A stretch of 64,000 nt of DNA from an uncultured Planctomycetia bacterium (lineage in GTDB: Bacteria; Omnitrophota; Gorgyraeia; Pluralincolimonadales; Pluralincolimonadaceae): the NCBI GenBank assembly GCA_964650515.1, contig CAZYUB010000001.1:65726-129725 (forward strand), given 5' to 3'. The notes under the pieces were generated by a model. The model was not told where the DNA came from. It saw only the letters and a list, made by a program, of their open reading frames with translations, and did not search any database. Shown here in pieces: positions 8,346-21,017 of this stretch. Numbering within the stretch: the first letter of the stretch is position 1; every line of letters begins with the position of its first letter. The position numbers and the translations under genes were made by a program.

Positions 8346-10399
8346 GGTTAAGCACGGTATTTCCCGTCGAATTCGAGGTAATAAGCCTCGACGACAAGGA
8401 AGTATTCTGCGAGTTCCACCAGGCCTTCACGCGCGACGTAAGCGAAGGGGGCATGTGCCTAGAGATAAACAACCTCAAAGACGACCTTGCCGAAAAGCTT
8501 AACAGGAAATCCGCGAAACTCCGCCTCCAGATAAACATGCCGTTCTCCTCTAAGCCGATCGAAGCGGTAGCGGAGACCGCCTGGATAAAGAAGATAAAAG
8601 AACACCATCCCAACAAATACCTCGCCGGCGTCTATTACGAAAAGATCGCGGAAAAAGACAGGCGCGGGATAGTGGGGCACGCCAGGTTCCTTACCTTAAG
8701 GCCGTTCTTCGTCGGCGCCGCCATAATCCTTCTGGCCGTCTCAGTCGCGCTGACAAGGATGGAACTCGCGAAGAAAGAGGCGATGCGCAAGGAGACGGAG
8801 AAGAAGCTAGCGCTTATAGAATCCGAAAGGTCGAAACTTGCGCAGGTCCTCGACGAGCTCAGGACGAACAGGGGCGAACTCGAATCGAAGATCAAGAGGT
8901 TTGAGCAGGAGAAGATGGACCTCCAGAGGAAGCTCGAAGAGGCGAAGGCAGAGGCGATGCAGAAGCCCGAGGAGATCGCAAAACTTGAGACGGAACTGGC
9001 CAAGGCAAAAGAAAGGACCGACGCGCTCAACGCCGAACTCGGCAAGGTCGCCGATTCGAGAAAAGCGCTTGAAGAACAGCTTAAGGTCCTGGAAGAGATA
9101 AAGGCCTCGAAGCCGGTCAAAGTCACGCTTGCCGCGGGAGGCATAATCGTAGGAAAGGTCATACTTGAGACGGCTGATTCCGTAAGGGTCGAGGTCCCGA
9201 CAGGCGTCATAACACTTAAGAGGGAGCTTATATCATCGATGGCCACCCCGAGCGAGGAAGAGGTCGCCGAGCTGGCCCGCGAAAGGATAAGGCTAGAGCT
9301 TAGGGCCAAGGAGGTAGAGAAGCAGAGGGACCTCGAGCGCAGGAGAGCGGAAGAGAGGGAGAAGACCGAGAAGGTGATAACGAAGAAGACACCCGGGGAG
9401 CCCGACCAGCTCGTATCGAGGAAGATCACCGACCGCGGGGTCATCATCAGGGACGGGAGGATATATTCCGACGGCTCGCTCTTCTTCATAAAGGGCGTCG
9501 CGTACGGCGTGAGCGCGCCGGGCCTGCCGCCCGGGGTCGACGGGTGTTTTTCGAAGATACCTTTATCGGTCTTTGAGAATGATTTCAGGATGATGAAGGG
9601 TGCCGGGATAAACACGATAAGGACATACGAGCCGTTCCCGGACGCGCTGCTCGACCTTGCCGAGAAATATGACCTGAAGATCATAGAGCAGGTGGTATAT
9701 CCGTCCGCATACACCGACTATTCCTCCGAGATCGAGCTGAAGGCCCTCAAGAAGATAGCGGCCGAGGCCGTGAAGAAGCACAAGAACAGGAAATGTATAC
9801 TGATGTGGTCGATATGGAACGACGCGCCGTTCTGCTACGACGAGCCGGGCAACCCCGTCCCCCGCTACGGGTTCGAGGCCGTGAATAAGTTCATGAAGGA
9901 GATATATCTTGCCGTCAAAGCCGCCGACAAGAGCCGACCGGTAACGGCGGCGAACATACTGAAGGTAAAGGGCTATGACCTCGGGTTCGATTTCCTCGAC
10001 GTGATAGGGTGCAACGCGTATATCGGAGGCCACGGTTTCAACTGGCGCGGCAGGGAAGAGGCGGTGAAGTCGGTCAAGGAGATGAAGGAGATATCCAGGA
10101 AGTACAAGAAGCCGGTCATAATTACCGAGACCGGGTTCAGCACTTTCGTAAAGAAGGACTCCCAGGACAAGGCGCTCGGCACGCAGATAAAAAGCGCCGA
10201 GGACGACCTTGCCGGCATCGTGATATTCGAATGGACGGACGAATGGTGGAAGGGCGGGAACCCGTCGGTCCAGGACAAGCATATAGAGGAGTACTGGGGC
10301 ATATTGACCTGGGACCGGAAGCCGAAACCCGGCTTCGAGACGGTCTCGAAGCTGTTCAATTCCATACCGACGGATTCGCTCGGATACTCGCCGCAATAG
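8303..10399 (+). CDS. PilZ domain - TM helix - coiled coil - TIM-barrel glycoside-hydrolase-like fusion protein
   Basis: PilZ motifs RRRYIR and DVSEGG sit in the first 60 aa. A single hydrophobic helix FFVGAAIILLAVSVALT follows, then about 180 aa of K/E/L-rich heptads. The C-terminal region of about 330 aa has a b/a pattern with IITETGF and MWSIWNDAPF strands reminiscent of clan GH-A enzymes. Confidence 0.75.
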   Translation: MQTQKTGIERRRYIRLSTVFPVEFEVISLDDKEVFCEFHQAFTRDVSEGGMCLEINNLKDDLAEKLNRKSAKLRLQINMPFSSKPIEAVAETAWIKKIKEHHPNKYLAGVYYEKIAEKDRRGIVGHARFLTLRPFFVGAAIILLAVSVALTRMELAKKEAMRKETEKKLALIESERSKLAQVLDELRTNRGELESKIKRFEQEKMDLQRKLEEAKAEAMQKPEEIAKLETELAKAKERTDALNAELGKVADSRKALEEQLKVLEEIKASKPVKVTLAAGGIIVGKVILETADSVRVEVPTGVITLKRELISSMATPSEEEVAELARERIRLELRAKEVEKQRDLERRRAEEREKTEKVITKKTPGEPDQLVSRKITDRGVIIRDGRIYSDGSLFFIKGVAYGVSAPGLPPGVDGCFSKIPLSVFENDFRMMKGAGINTIRTYEPFPDALLDLAEKYDLKIIEQVVYPSAYTDYSSEIELKALKKIAAEAVKKHKNRKCILMWSIWNDAPFCYDEPGNPVPRYGFEAVNKFMKEIYLAVKAADKSRPVTAANILKVKGYDLGFDFLDVIGCNAYIGGHGFNWRGREEAVKSVKEMKEISRKYKKPVIITETGFSTFVKKDSQDKALGTQIKSAEDDLAGIVIFEWTDEWWKGGNPSVQDKHIEEYWGILTWDRKPKPGFETVSKLFNSIPTDSLGYSPQ

Positions 10400-10418
10400 G
10401 CGAATTAGAAATTATGCC

Positions 10419-10447
10419 TTGACAAACAGGTATGCCCATGCTATCCT
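10419..10447 (+). promoter_or_regulatory. sigma70-like promoter of the pyr operon (TTGACA, 17 nt spacer, TATCCT)
   Basis: TTGACA at 10419-10424 and TATCCT at 10442-10447. The promoter sits in the 186 nt gap between the upstream gene and pyrR. Confidence 0.45.
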
Positions 10448-10453
10448 TTACCA

Positions 10454-10575
10454 CTGGAACCTTTTAACCCGGCCCGGTGAGGCCGGAAAAGGAGAAGAAG
10501 ATGTACCATAATACGGAGAATACTATATTGTGCCTGTTTTCGGCGTATGTGCCGGGGACAGGCATTTGTATTTGT
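10454..10575 (+). promoter_or_regulatory. PyrR-binding loop plus intrinsic terminator (pyr attenuator)
   Basis: CCCGGUGAGGCCGGAAAAGGAGAAG at 10469-10500 closely matches the B. subtilis PyrR binding-loop consensus UCCAGAGAGGCUGAGAAGGAU. Downstream hairpin TGCCTGT...ACAGGCA at 10531-10564 is followed by a T-rich tract, TTTGTATTTGT. Confidence 0.55.
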
Positions 10576-10585
10576 GGGGGCTTTA

Positions 10586-11134
10586 ATGAAGCTTAAAGAG
10601 AAGGCAAAGGTCCTTGATGCGGAGCAGATCGACAAGTCGCTTGTCCGCATAGCGCACGAGGTGCTCGAGAGTAACAAGGACACGGACGGCCTGGCCATAG
10701 TAGGCATCAGGACCCGCGGGGCGGTGCTTGCCCAGAGGCTGGCCGGCAAGATCAGGAGTATATCCGGCGCCGAGATCCCTGTCGGCGCGCTCGACATAAC
10801 CCTTTACAGGGACGACCTTACGACGGTAGCGGAGCAGCCCGTGGTGCACAAGACGGAGATAGATTTCGATATCCATAACAGGGTGATAGTGCTAGTAGAC
10901 GATGTGCTTTATACCGGAAGGACGATACGCTGCGCGCTGGATGCACTGATAGATTTCGGCAGGCCCAGGAGCATACAGCTCGCGGTGCTCGTTGACAGGG
11001 GGCACAGGGAGCTGCCCATAAGGGCCGATTATGCGGGCAAGAACATCCCGACCTCGCAAAAGGAGACGGTCCAAGTGAAGATAGCGGAAACGGACGGGGC
11101 CGATGAAGTCGTAGTGGCGGAAAAGGAGGAGTAA
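10586..11134 (+). CDS. pyrR: bifunctional pyrimidine operon regulator / uracil phosphoribosyltransferase
   Basis: MKLKEKAKVLDAEQIDKSLVRIAHEVLESNK...IVGIRTRGAVLAQRLA...LDITLYRDDL aligns with B. subtilis PyrR. PRPP motif VLVDDVLYTGRT is present. Confidence 0.9.
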   Translation: MKLKEKAKVLDAEQIDKSLVRIAHEVLESNKDTDGLAIVGIRTRGAVLAQRLAGKIRSISGAEIPVGALDITLYRDDLTTVAEQPVVHKTEIDFDIHNRVIVLVDDVLYTGRTIRCALDALIDFGRPRSIQLAVLVDRGHRELPIRADYAGKNIPTSQKETVQVKIAETDGADEVVVAEKEE

Positions 11135-11135
11135 G

Positions 11136-12074
11136 GTGGCCGTTATGTGGAAGAAGAAAGACCTGCTCGACCTCGAGAGCCTCTCCACCCAGGAGATAGA
11201 GCTGATCCTCGAGACGACGGGTTCTTTCAAGGAGATATCCCAGAGGCCGATAAAGAAGGTCCCGACTCTGCGCGGCCAGACGGTCGTGCTCTTCTTCTTC
11301 GAGCCGTCGACAAGGACGCGGACCTCGTTCGAACTGGCCGCGAAACGCATGAGCGCGGATATCGTGAACATCCAGACGGGCTCCTCGAGCCTTACGAAGG
11401 GGGAGACGCTCAAGGACACCGCCAGGAACATAGAGGCGATGAAGGTAAATATAATAATTATGCGCCATTCGTCCTCGGGCGCGCCGCACCTGCTCGCGAG
11501 ATCGGTCGCGCCGTCGATAATAAACGCCGGCGACGGCTCGCACGAGCACCCGACGCAGGGGCTGCTCGACATATTCACGATAAAAGAGCACAAGAAAAAG
11601 ATAAACGGGCTTAACGTCTCGATAATCGGCGATATAGCGCATTCGAGGGTCGCGCGTTCGAATATCTGGGGGCTCGTGAAGCTCGGGGCCAACGTGACGG
11701 TCTGCGCCCCGGCGACCTTGATGCCGCCGGAGATAGAGAAGCTCGGCGTGAAGGTGACCTACGATATAAACGAGGCGATAGAGGGCGCCGACGTCATAAA
11801 TATGCTGAGAATACAGCTCGAGCGCCAGGGGCAGAGCCTCTTCCCGTCCATAAGGGATTATTCGATGAGCTTCGGCCTGGACGCCGAAAAGATGAAGAGA
11901 GCGAAAAAAGACGTGCTTATCATGCACCCGGGCCCGATAAACAGGGGCGTGGAGATAACGCCCGAGATAGCGGACGGGCCGTATTCGGTCATACTCGAGC
12001 AGGTCACGAACGGTATCGCGGTAAGGATGGCCGTCCTGTACCTCGTATCCGGCGTCAAAGAAAGGATCGGGTAA
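11136..12074 (+). CDS. pyrB: aspartate carbamoyltransferase catalytic subunit (GTG start)
   Basis: STRTRTSFELAAKRMSAD, HPTQGLLD and HPGP motifs are present. AGGAGG lies 6 nt upstream of the GTG at 11136. The start is 1 nt after the pyrR stop. Confidence 0.9.
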   Translation: MAVMWKKKDLLDLESLSTQEIELILETTGSFKEISQRPIKKVPTLRGQTVVLFFFEPSTRTRTSFELAAKRMSADIVNIQTGSSSLTKGETLKDTARNIEAMKVNIIIMRHSSSGAPHLLARSVAPSIINAGDGSHEHPTQGLLDIFTIKEHKKKINGLNVSIIGDIAHSRVARSNIWGLVKLGANVTVCAPATLMPPEIEKLGVKVTYDINEAIEGADVINMLRIQLERQGQSLFPSIRDYSMSFGLDAEKMKRAKKDVLIMHPGPINRGVEITPEIADGPYSVILEQVTNGIAVRMAVLYLVSGVKERIG

Positions 12075-12075
12075 A

Positions 12076-13365
12076 ATGGACATCCTCCTTAAGGGCGGAC
12101 GGGTTATCGACCCGGCAAGCGGCACGGATACGACAGCCGACGTCCTCATAAAAGGCGGCAAGATAGCGCAGGCAGGCAAGGACATAAAGGCCGCCGGCGC
12201 GAAACAGGTTGACTGCAAGGGCAGGATCGTCCTCCCCGGGCTTATAGATGTCCACACGCATTTCAGGCAGCCCGGGCGGGAGGACGAGGAGACGTTTGTC
12301 ACGGGCTCAAGGGCCGCGCTGAAAGGCGGTTTCACGTCGGTCCTCTGCATGGCGAACACGAGCCCGGTAATAGACAATAAGGGCGTCGTAGAATACGTAT
12401 ATGCCGAGGCCGCCAAGGCCGGCCTCATCAATATATACACGGCGGCCGCGGTCACGAAGAACCTTGAAGGCAAGGAGCTGACGGAGATCGGCCAGATAGC
12501 GGCGGCGGGCGCAAAGGCGCTCTCCGACGACGGGAAACCCGTGATGAACGCCGAAATACTGCGCCGCGCGATGGAGTACGCGAAGATGTTCGGGCTCCCG
12601 GTGATCTCGCACTGCGAGGACATTAACCTATCGAGGAACGGCGTCATGAACGAGGGCTCGCTCTCGACAAGGCTCGGGCTAAAAGGTATTCCGCGCGCCT
12701 CAGAGACGGTAATGGTCATAAGGGATATAGAGATCGCGCAGCTTACGGGCGCGAAACTGCATATTGCGCACGTCTCGGCAAAGGAGAGCATAGAAGCTTT
12801 AAGGCAGGCGAAGAAGAGGAAGGTAAAGGTCACCTGCGAGACATGCCCGCATTATTTTGCGCTTACGGAAGAGGCGGTATTGGGTTATAATACGGGCGCG
12901 AAGGTCAGCCCGCCGCTTAGGACAAAAGAAGACGTCGAAGCGGTAAAAAAGGGCCTCTCGGACGGCACTATAGACATCATATCCACGGACCATGCGCCGC
13001 ATTCTCCGGAAGAGAAGGATGTGGAATTCGACTTCGCGTCGACGGGGATGATAGGACTGGAATTCGCGGCTTCCCTGGTGAACTCCGAGCTGGTCAGCGG
13101 CGGCGTGCTCGGATGGAAAGAGGTCGCGCAGAAGATGTCCGTAAACCCCGCGGCACTGCTTGGCCTGGAAGGGAAAGGGTCCCTTTCCGAGGGCTCGGAT
13201 GCCGACATTACCGTCTTCGACCCCGTCGCCGAATGGACCGTAGAGGCGGGGCGCATAGAATCAAAATCGAAAAATACGCCGTTGATAGGAAAGAAGCTCA
13301 GCGGCTTGGCGGTTATCACGATAGTCGGCGGAAAGATAAGGTATGAGAACGGGAGATTCGCCTAA
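12076..13365 (+). CDS. pyrC: dihydroorotase (multimeric type)
   Basis: GLIDVHTHFRQPG shows the HxH metal site. Length is 429 aa. Pathway context supports the call. Confidence 0.9.
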   Translation: MDILLKGGRVIDPASGTDTTADVLIKGGKIAQAGKDIKAAGAKQVDCKGRIVLPGLIDVHTHFRQPGREDEETFVTGSRAALKGGFTSVLCMANTSPVIDNKGVVEYVYAEAAKAGLINIYTAAAVTKNLEGKELTEIGQIAAAGAKALSDDGKPVMNAEILRRAMEYAKMFGLPVISHCEDINLSRNGVMNEGSLSTRLGLKGIPRASETVMVIRDIEIAQLTGAKLHIAHVSAKESIEALRQAKKRKVKVTCETCPHYFALTEEAVLGYNTGAKVSPPLRTKEDVEAVKKGLSDGTIDIISTDHAPHSPEEKDVEFDFASTGMIGLEFAASLVNSELVSGGVLGWKEVAQKMSVNPAALLGLEGKGSLSEGSDADITVFDPVAEWTVEAGRIESKSKNTPLIGKKLSGLAVITIVGGKIRYENGRFA

Positions 13366-13383
13366 ACGAAAAGGAGGAGGTCG

Positions 13384-13698
13384 ATGGGTATCAGGATGAT
13401 CAAGGTTTTGGCGTCCGTTATGGTCGTCTCGCTCGCTATGGGCTGCGCAGCCCCGGCGAACATGCTCTCGGGCAAGGAGAAACTCGAAGCGAAGGATTGG
13501 CTTGCCGCCGGCGACCTGTCTTTCCAGAACAGAGATTGGGACACCGCCCAGTATTTTTATGACCTCGTGGTCAGGAAATACCCCGATTCATATTACGGCG
13601 AGAAGGCCAAGGAAAACCTCAAGTACGTGGATTACCACAGGAGCCCTGCCGGGAAGACGATAGATGCCGGCAAGGATGCCCTTTCGCCCGTATTCTAA
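13384..13698 (+). CDS. small lipoprotein with a single BamD/TPR-like unit
   Basis: AAGGAGG RBS precedes the start. Signal peptide plus lipobox is VVSLAMGC. DWDTAQYFYDLVVRKYPDSYYGEKAKENLKYV resembles one TPR-like unit of BamD (YfiO). The protein is only 104 aa. Confidence 0.55.
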   Translation: MGIRMIKVLASVMVVSLAMGCAAPANMLSGKEKLEAKDWLAAGDLSFQNRDWDTAQYFYDLVVRKYPDSYYGEKAKENLKYVDYHRSPAGKTIDAGKDALSPVF

Positions 13699-13717
13699 GG
13701 GATAACCAGGGAGATAA

Positions 13718-14807
13718 ATGAAAGCACACTTAGTCCTCGAAGACGGGACCCATTTTGCCGGCGAGCAGTTCGGAGCCGAAGCGGAGGCGTTCGGGGAACT
13801 CGTCTTCAACACATCGATGACCGGATACCAGGAGATACTGACCGACCCTTCGTATAAGGGGCAGGTGGTCACGATGACATACCCGTTGATAGGCAATTAC
13901 GGGGTCAACGGCGAGGATGTAGAATCGTCGAGGCCGTGGGTGGAGGGCTTTGTTGTCAAGGAACTCAGCAGTATCGCGTCCAACTACCGCAGCAGCGGGA
14001 CGCTCAACGGCTATATGAAAAAGCACGGCATAGTCGGGATACAGGGCGTCGATACGAGGGCCGTCACGAGGATACTGCGGACAAAGGGCGCGATGAAATG
14101 CGCAATATCCGCCGGGGACCATGATGTTAAGGGCCTTCTTGAAAAAGTGAAAGCGTCAGCCGGCCTCATGGGAAGGGACCTCGTCAAGGAGGTCGCCTGC
14201 GCGGAACCCTTCGATTGGCCGCCGCAGCCTGGGCAAAAGACCGAGTTCACCGTCGCGGCCGTGGATTGCGGGATGAAACTGAATATCCTCAGGAACCTGG
14301 GCAGGATAGGATGCAAGGTCAGGGTCTTCCCTGCCTCGGCCAGCGCAAGCGATATAATGGCCGTGAAACCCGACGGCCTCTTCCTTTCCAACGGTCCCGG
14401 AGACCCAGAGGCGGTGCCTTACCACATAAAAACGGTAAGGGATCTGAGGGACAGGCTGCCGATATTCGGCATATGCCTCGGCCATCAGATACTCGGCCTC
14501 GCGTTCGGCGGAAAGACGTATAAACTGAAATTCGGGCACCATGGCGGCAACCATCCGGTCATGGACCTGCGGACGAGGAAAGTCGATATCACGTCGCAGA
14601 ACCACGGGTTCGCGGTCGATATAGATTCCATACCGGAAAAACAGATGGAGCTGACGCACGTGAACCTTTACGACAAGACCGTAGAGGGGATGGAACACAA
14701 AGAGCTGCCGGTCTTCTCAGTCCAGTACCACCCGGAGGCCTGCCCGGGGCCGCACGACGCGGAATATCTTTTCGGCAAATTCGCGGGAATGATGAGGGAG
14801 AGGAGAC

Positions 14808-14815
<8 letters not shown>
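13718..14815 (+). CDS. carA: carbamoyl-phosphate synthase small (glutaminase) subunit
   Basis: N-terminus is [16 protein letters not shown]. GATase motifs ICLGHQ and HHGGNHP are present. Confidence 0.95.
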
Positions 14816-18053
<3,238 letters not shown>

Positions 18054-18827
18054 ATGAAGCAGGCAAAAGGGAAGGTCTTATCTAACAGGGAAGTCAAGCC
18101 CGGGTATTTCCTTATGTCCGTAAAATGCCCGCCTGTTGCACGGGCCGCGAGGCCGGGGCAGTTCCTCACTATAAGGTGCGGCGATTCCGCCGAGCCGCTC
18201 CTCAGGCGGCCGTTCGGTTTTCACGGCGTAGAAGGCGGTTCGTTCCGGATACTTTATGAAGTGCTTGGGAAGGGGACGGCGAAGTTATCATCGGCGAAAG
18301 CCGGGGATACGCTCGATATACTGGGGCCCCTCGGCAACGGGTTCACTGTCCCGGAAGGCAGGAAAGATATAGTGATAATCGCAGGAGGAATAGGCGTAGC
18401 GCCTCTCGCTTTCCTCGCGGAAGAGATTTTAAAAGATAAAAGGAAATGCGTTTCGGTTATAATAGGGGCGAGGGGCAGGAAGTCGCTCCTTTGCAGGGAA
18501 CATTTCGAAAGCCTCGGCATGAAGACATTTGTGGCGACGGATGACGGCAGCTGCGGCAGGAGATGCTTTGCGACGGACCTGCTGGAAAGGTCGATCGCGG
18601 GGAAAAAGCCCTCGGAAACGGTCGTGTATGCCTGCGGGCCGTCCCCGATGCTTAAAGCCGCCGCGAATGCCGCGAAGAAACGCGGGATCGAGGCGTACGG
18701 GTCTTTCGAGGAGTATATAGCTTGCGGTGTTGGCGCGTGCCTCGGCTGCGCGATAAGGACAAAGTCCGGATATAAACTCATCTGTAAGGACGGGCCGGTG
18801 TTCAAACTGGAAGAGATGATATGGTAA
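18054..18827 (+). CDS. pyrK: dihydroorotate dehydrogenase electron-transfer subunit
   Basis: FAD/NAD-binding ferredoxin-reductase-like fold. C-terminal 2Fe-2S cysteines CGVGACLGCA are present. Length is 257 aa. Confidence 0.85.
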   Translation: MKQAKGKVLSNREVKPGYFLMSVKCPPVARAARPGQFLTIRCGDSAEPLLRRPFGFHGVEGGSFRILYEVLGKGTAKLSSAKAGDTLDILGPLGNGFTVPEGRKDIVIIAGGIGVAPLAFLAEEILKDKRKCVSVIIGARGRKSLLCREHFESLGMKTFVATDDGSCGRRCFATDLLERSIAGKKPSETVVYACGPSPMLKAAANAAKKRGIEAYGSFEEYIACGVGACLGCAIRTKSGYKLICKDGPVFKLEEMIW

Positions 18828-19735
18828 GACCCTCACTGAAGGTCAGGATAGGCGGGTTGGAGCTGAAGAACCCGGTCATGGCCGCTTCGGGCACTTTCGG
18901 CTCCGGCGAAGAGTATAAAGGCCTCGTTGATCTTAACGGCCTCGGCGCGATAGTAACCAAATCGGTGACTCTAAAGGCGCGGGAAGGCAACCCGCCTCCG
19001 CGCATGGTCGAGACGCCTTCGGGCATGCTGAATTCGATAGGCATACAGAATGACGGTGTTGACGTTTTCATAAAAGACAAGATGCCGTTCCTGGATAAAC
19101 TGAGAGCCGCCGTAGTCGTATCGATAGCGGGGCACTGCATAGAGGATTACGCGCGGCTGGCTGCGAAGCTCGACAAGGTAAAAGGGGCGGATGCCATAGA
19201 GATAAACATCTCCTGCCCGAACGTAAAAGGCGGCCTTGAATTCTCAAAGGAGCCCGGATCGGCGGCGGATGTCGTAAGGGCGGTAAGGAGATCCACCCGA
19301 AAGCCGGTCATTACCAAGCTTTCCCCTAACGTGAAGGACATAAGCGAGATAGCGCTCGCGGCGCAGGAGGCCGGCACGGACGCCGTTTCGCTCGTCAATA
19401 CGTTTACCGGTATGGCGGTGGATATCAATTCCCGGATGCCGGTACTCGGTAATATCGTCGGAGGGCTCAGCGGCCCCGCGATAAAACCAATCGCGCTCCG
19501 AATGGTTTGGGAGACGGCCCGCAAGGTCAGGGTCCCGGTAATAGGCATGGGCGGGATAATGGATAGCGGCGACGCGCTCGAGTTCATAATAGCCGGGGCC
19601 TCAGCGGTGCAGGTCGGCACCGCGAACTTCGTGGACCCGTCGGTGATGGCGGGTATAATAGGCGGTATAGAGAGATATATGCGTGCCGGGAAGATAAAAA
19701 ATATAAAGGAGCTGACCGGATGCCTGAAAACGTAG
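18821..19735 (+). CDS. pyrD: dihydroorotate dehydrogenase catalytic subunit (class 1B)
   Basis: LKNPVMAASGTFG...NSIGIQNDG...ISCPN motifs are present. Length is 304 aa. Confidence 0.9.
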   Translation: MVRPSLKVRIGGLELKNPVMAASGTFGSGEEYKGLVDLNGLGAIVTKSVTLKAREGNPPPRMVETPSGMLNSIGIQNDGVDVFIKDKMPFLDKLRAAVVVSIAGHCIEDYARLAAKLDKVKGADAIEINISCPNVKGGLEFSKEPGSAADVVRAVRRSTRKPVITKLSPNVKDISEIALAAQEAGTDAVSLVNTFTGMAVDINSRMPVLGNIVGGLSGPAIKPIALRMVWETARKVRVPVIGMGGIMDSGDALEFIIAGASAVQVGTANFVDPSVMAGIIGGIERYMRAGKIKNIKELTGCLKT

Positions 19736-20448
19736 CGGCCGGCGATAAGCTTATAGTGGCCCTTGACATGAAAACACTCGACGAGGCCGCCCTGATGGTC
19801 AAGAAGCTCGGGACGGCCGTGCGCGTCTTCAAGGTAGGCATGGGCCTGTTCACGGCTTACGGGCCGGATGCCGTTAAGATGGTCCACGATAAGGGCGCGA
19901 AGGTATTCCTTGACCTTAAATTCCACGACATACCGAATACGGTGGCGCATGCCGTAAGGTCGGCGGCAAAGCTAGGCGTGTTCATGATGAATATCCATGC
20001 GATGGGAGGTTCTGAGATGATGTCGGCGGCGTCTTCGGCGGCGGCAGAGGCCGCCGCGGCCGCAAGTCCCGGCAACAGGCCGATACTGCTTGGCGTAACA
20101 GTCCTGACAAGCATGGACCAGGCATCGATAGGAGAGATAGGGGTCGACAGGAAGATAGACGAAGAGGTCATCGCCCTCGCGAGGCTCGCTAAGGACGCCG
20201 GGCTCGACGGAGTTGTCGCCTCGCCGAACGAGACCCCGCTTATAAGGCAGAATCTCGGAAAGGATTTCGTAATAGTCACCCCTGGGATACGCCCCGCGGG
20301 CGCGGAAAAAGGCGACCAGAAGAGGACGATGACGCCCGACGGCGCCATCAGAGCCGGCGCGGATTATATTGTGGTAGGCAGGCCGGTCGTCGAGGCGAAA
20401 GACCCGGTATATGCGGCAAAGAACATAATAAAGGAGATGGGGGGTTGA
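19720..20448 (+). CDS. pyrF: orotidine-5'-phosphate decarboxylase
   Basis: KLIVALDMKTLDEA...DLKFHDIPNTV motifs are present. Confidence 0.9.
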   Translation: MPENVAAGDKLIVALDMKTLDEAALMVKKLGTAVRVFKVGMGLFTAYGPDAVKMVHDKGAKVFLDLKFHDIPNTVAHAVRSAAKLGVFMMNIHAMGGSEMMSAASSAAAEAAAAASPGNRPILLGVTVLTSMDQASIGEIGVDRKIDEEVIALARLAKDAGLDGVVASPNETPLIRQNLGKDFVIVTPGIRPAGAEKGDQKRTMTPDGAIRAGADYIVVGRPVVEAKDPVYAAKNIIKEMGG

Positions 20449-21014
20449 ACCAAAAGGCCGTTTTAGATATCTTCAGGAGATGCAACGCGTTCCACAAAGG
20501 CCATTTTAAGCTCTCAAGCGGCCTGCACAGCGAATATTATATGCAATGCGCCCTGGTATTAGCCGATACGAAGATGTCGGCCAAATTATGCGGGGAGCTG
20601 GCGAAAAAGTTCAAAACCAAAAAAGCCAACGTCGTGATAGGCCCGGCCATCGGCGGCATAACGGCTGCGTATGAGGTCGCCCGCGCGCTCGGCATAAAGG
20701 GCATATTCGCCGAGAGGGAGGACGGCAAGATGGCGTTAAGGCGCGGTTTCACGCTCTCTCGCGGTGACAGGGCCATCGTGATAGAGGATGTGACCACTAC
20801 CGGCGGTTCCGCGCGCGAAGTAGCCGAACTTGTCAAAGGCCTCGGCGCGAAGGTCGTCGGGGTAGGGGCTATCATCGACAGGTCTGCAGGGAAGGCGAAA
20901 TTCGGCGTGCCGTTCAAATCGCTCGCCAGGTTGAAGATAGACACATTCCGCCCGGAAGAGTGCCCGTTATGCAAGGCGGGAAAACCCATCATAAAACCGG
21001 GCAGCAGGAAGTAA
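20445..21014 (+). CDS. pyrE: orotate phosphoribosyltransferase
   Basis: GHFKLSSGLHSEYYM N-terminus. PRPP-binding motif VIEDVTTTGGS is present. Confidence 0.9.
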   Translation: MNQKAVLDIFRRCNAFHKGHFKLSSGLHSEYYMQCALVLADTKMSAKLCGELAKKFKTKKANVVIGPAIGGITAAYEVARALGIKGIFAEREDGKMALRRGFTLSRGDRAIVIEDVTTTGGSAREVAELVKGLGAKVVGVGAIIDRSAGKAKFGVPFKSLARLKIDTFRPEECPLCKAGKPIIKPGSRK

Positions 21015-21017
21015 ACC

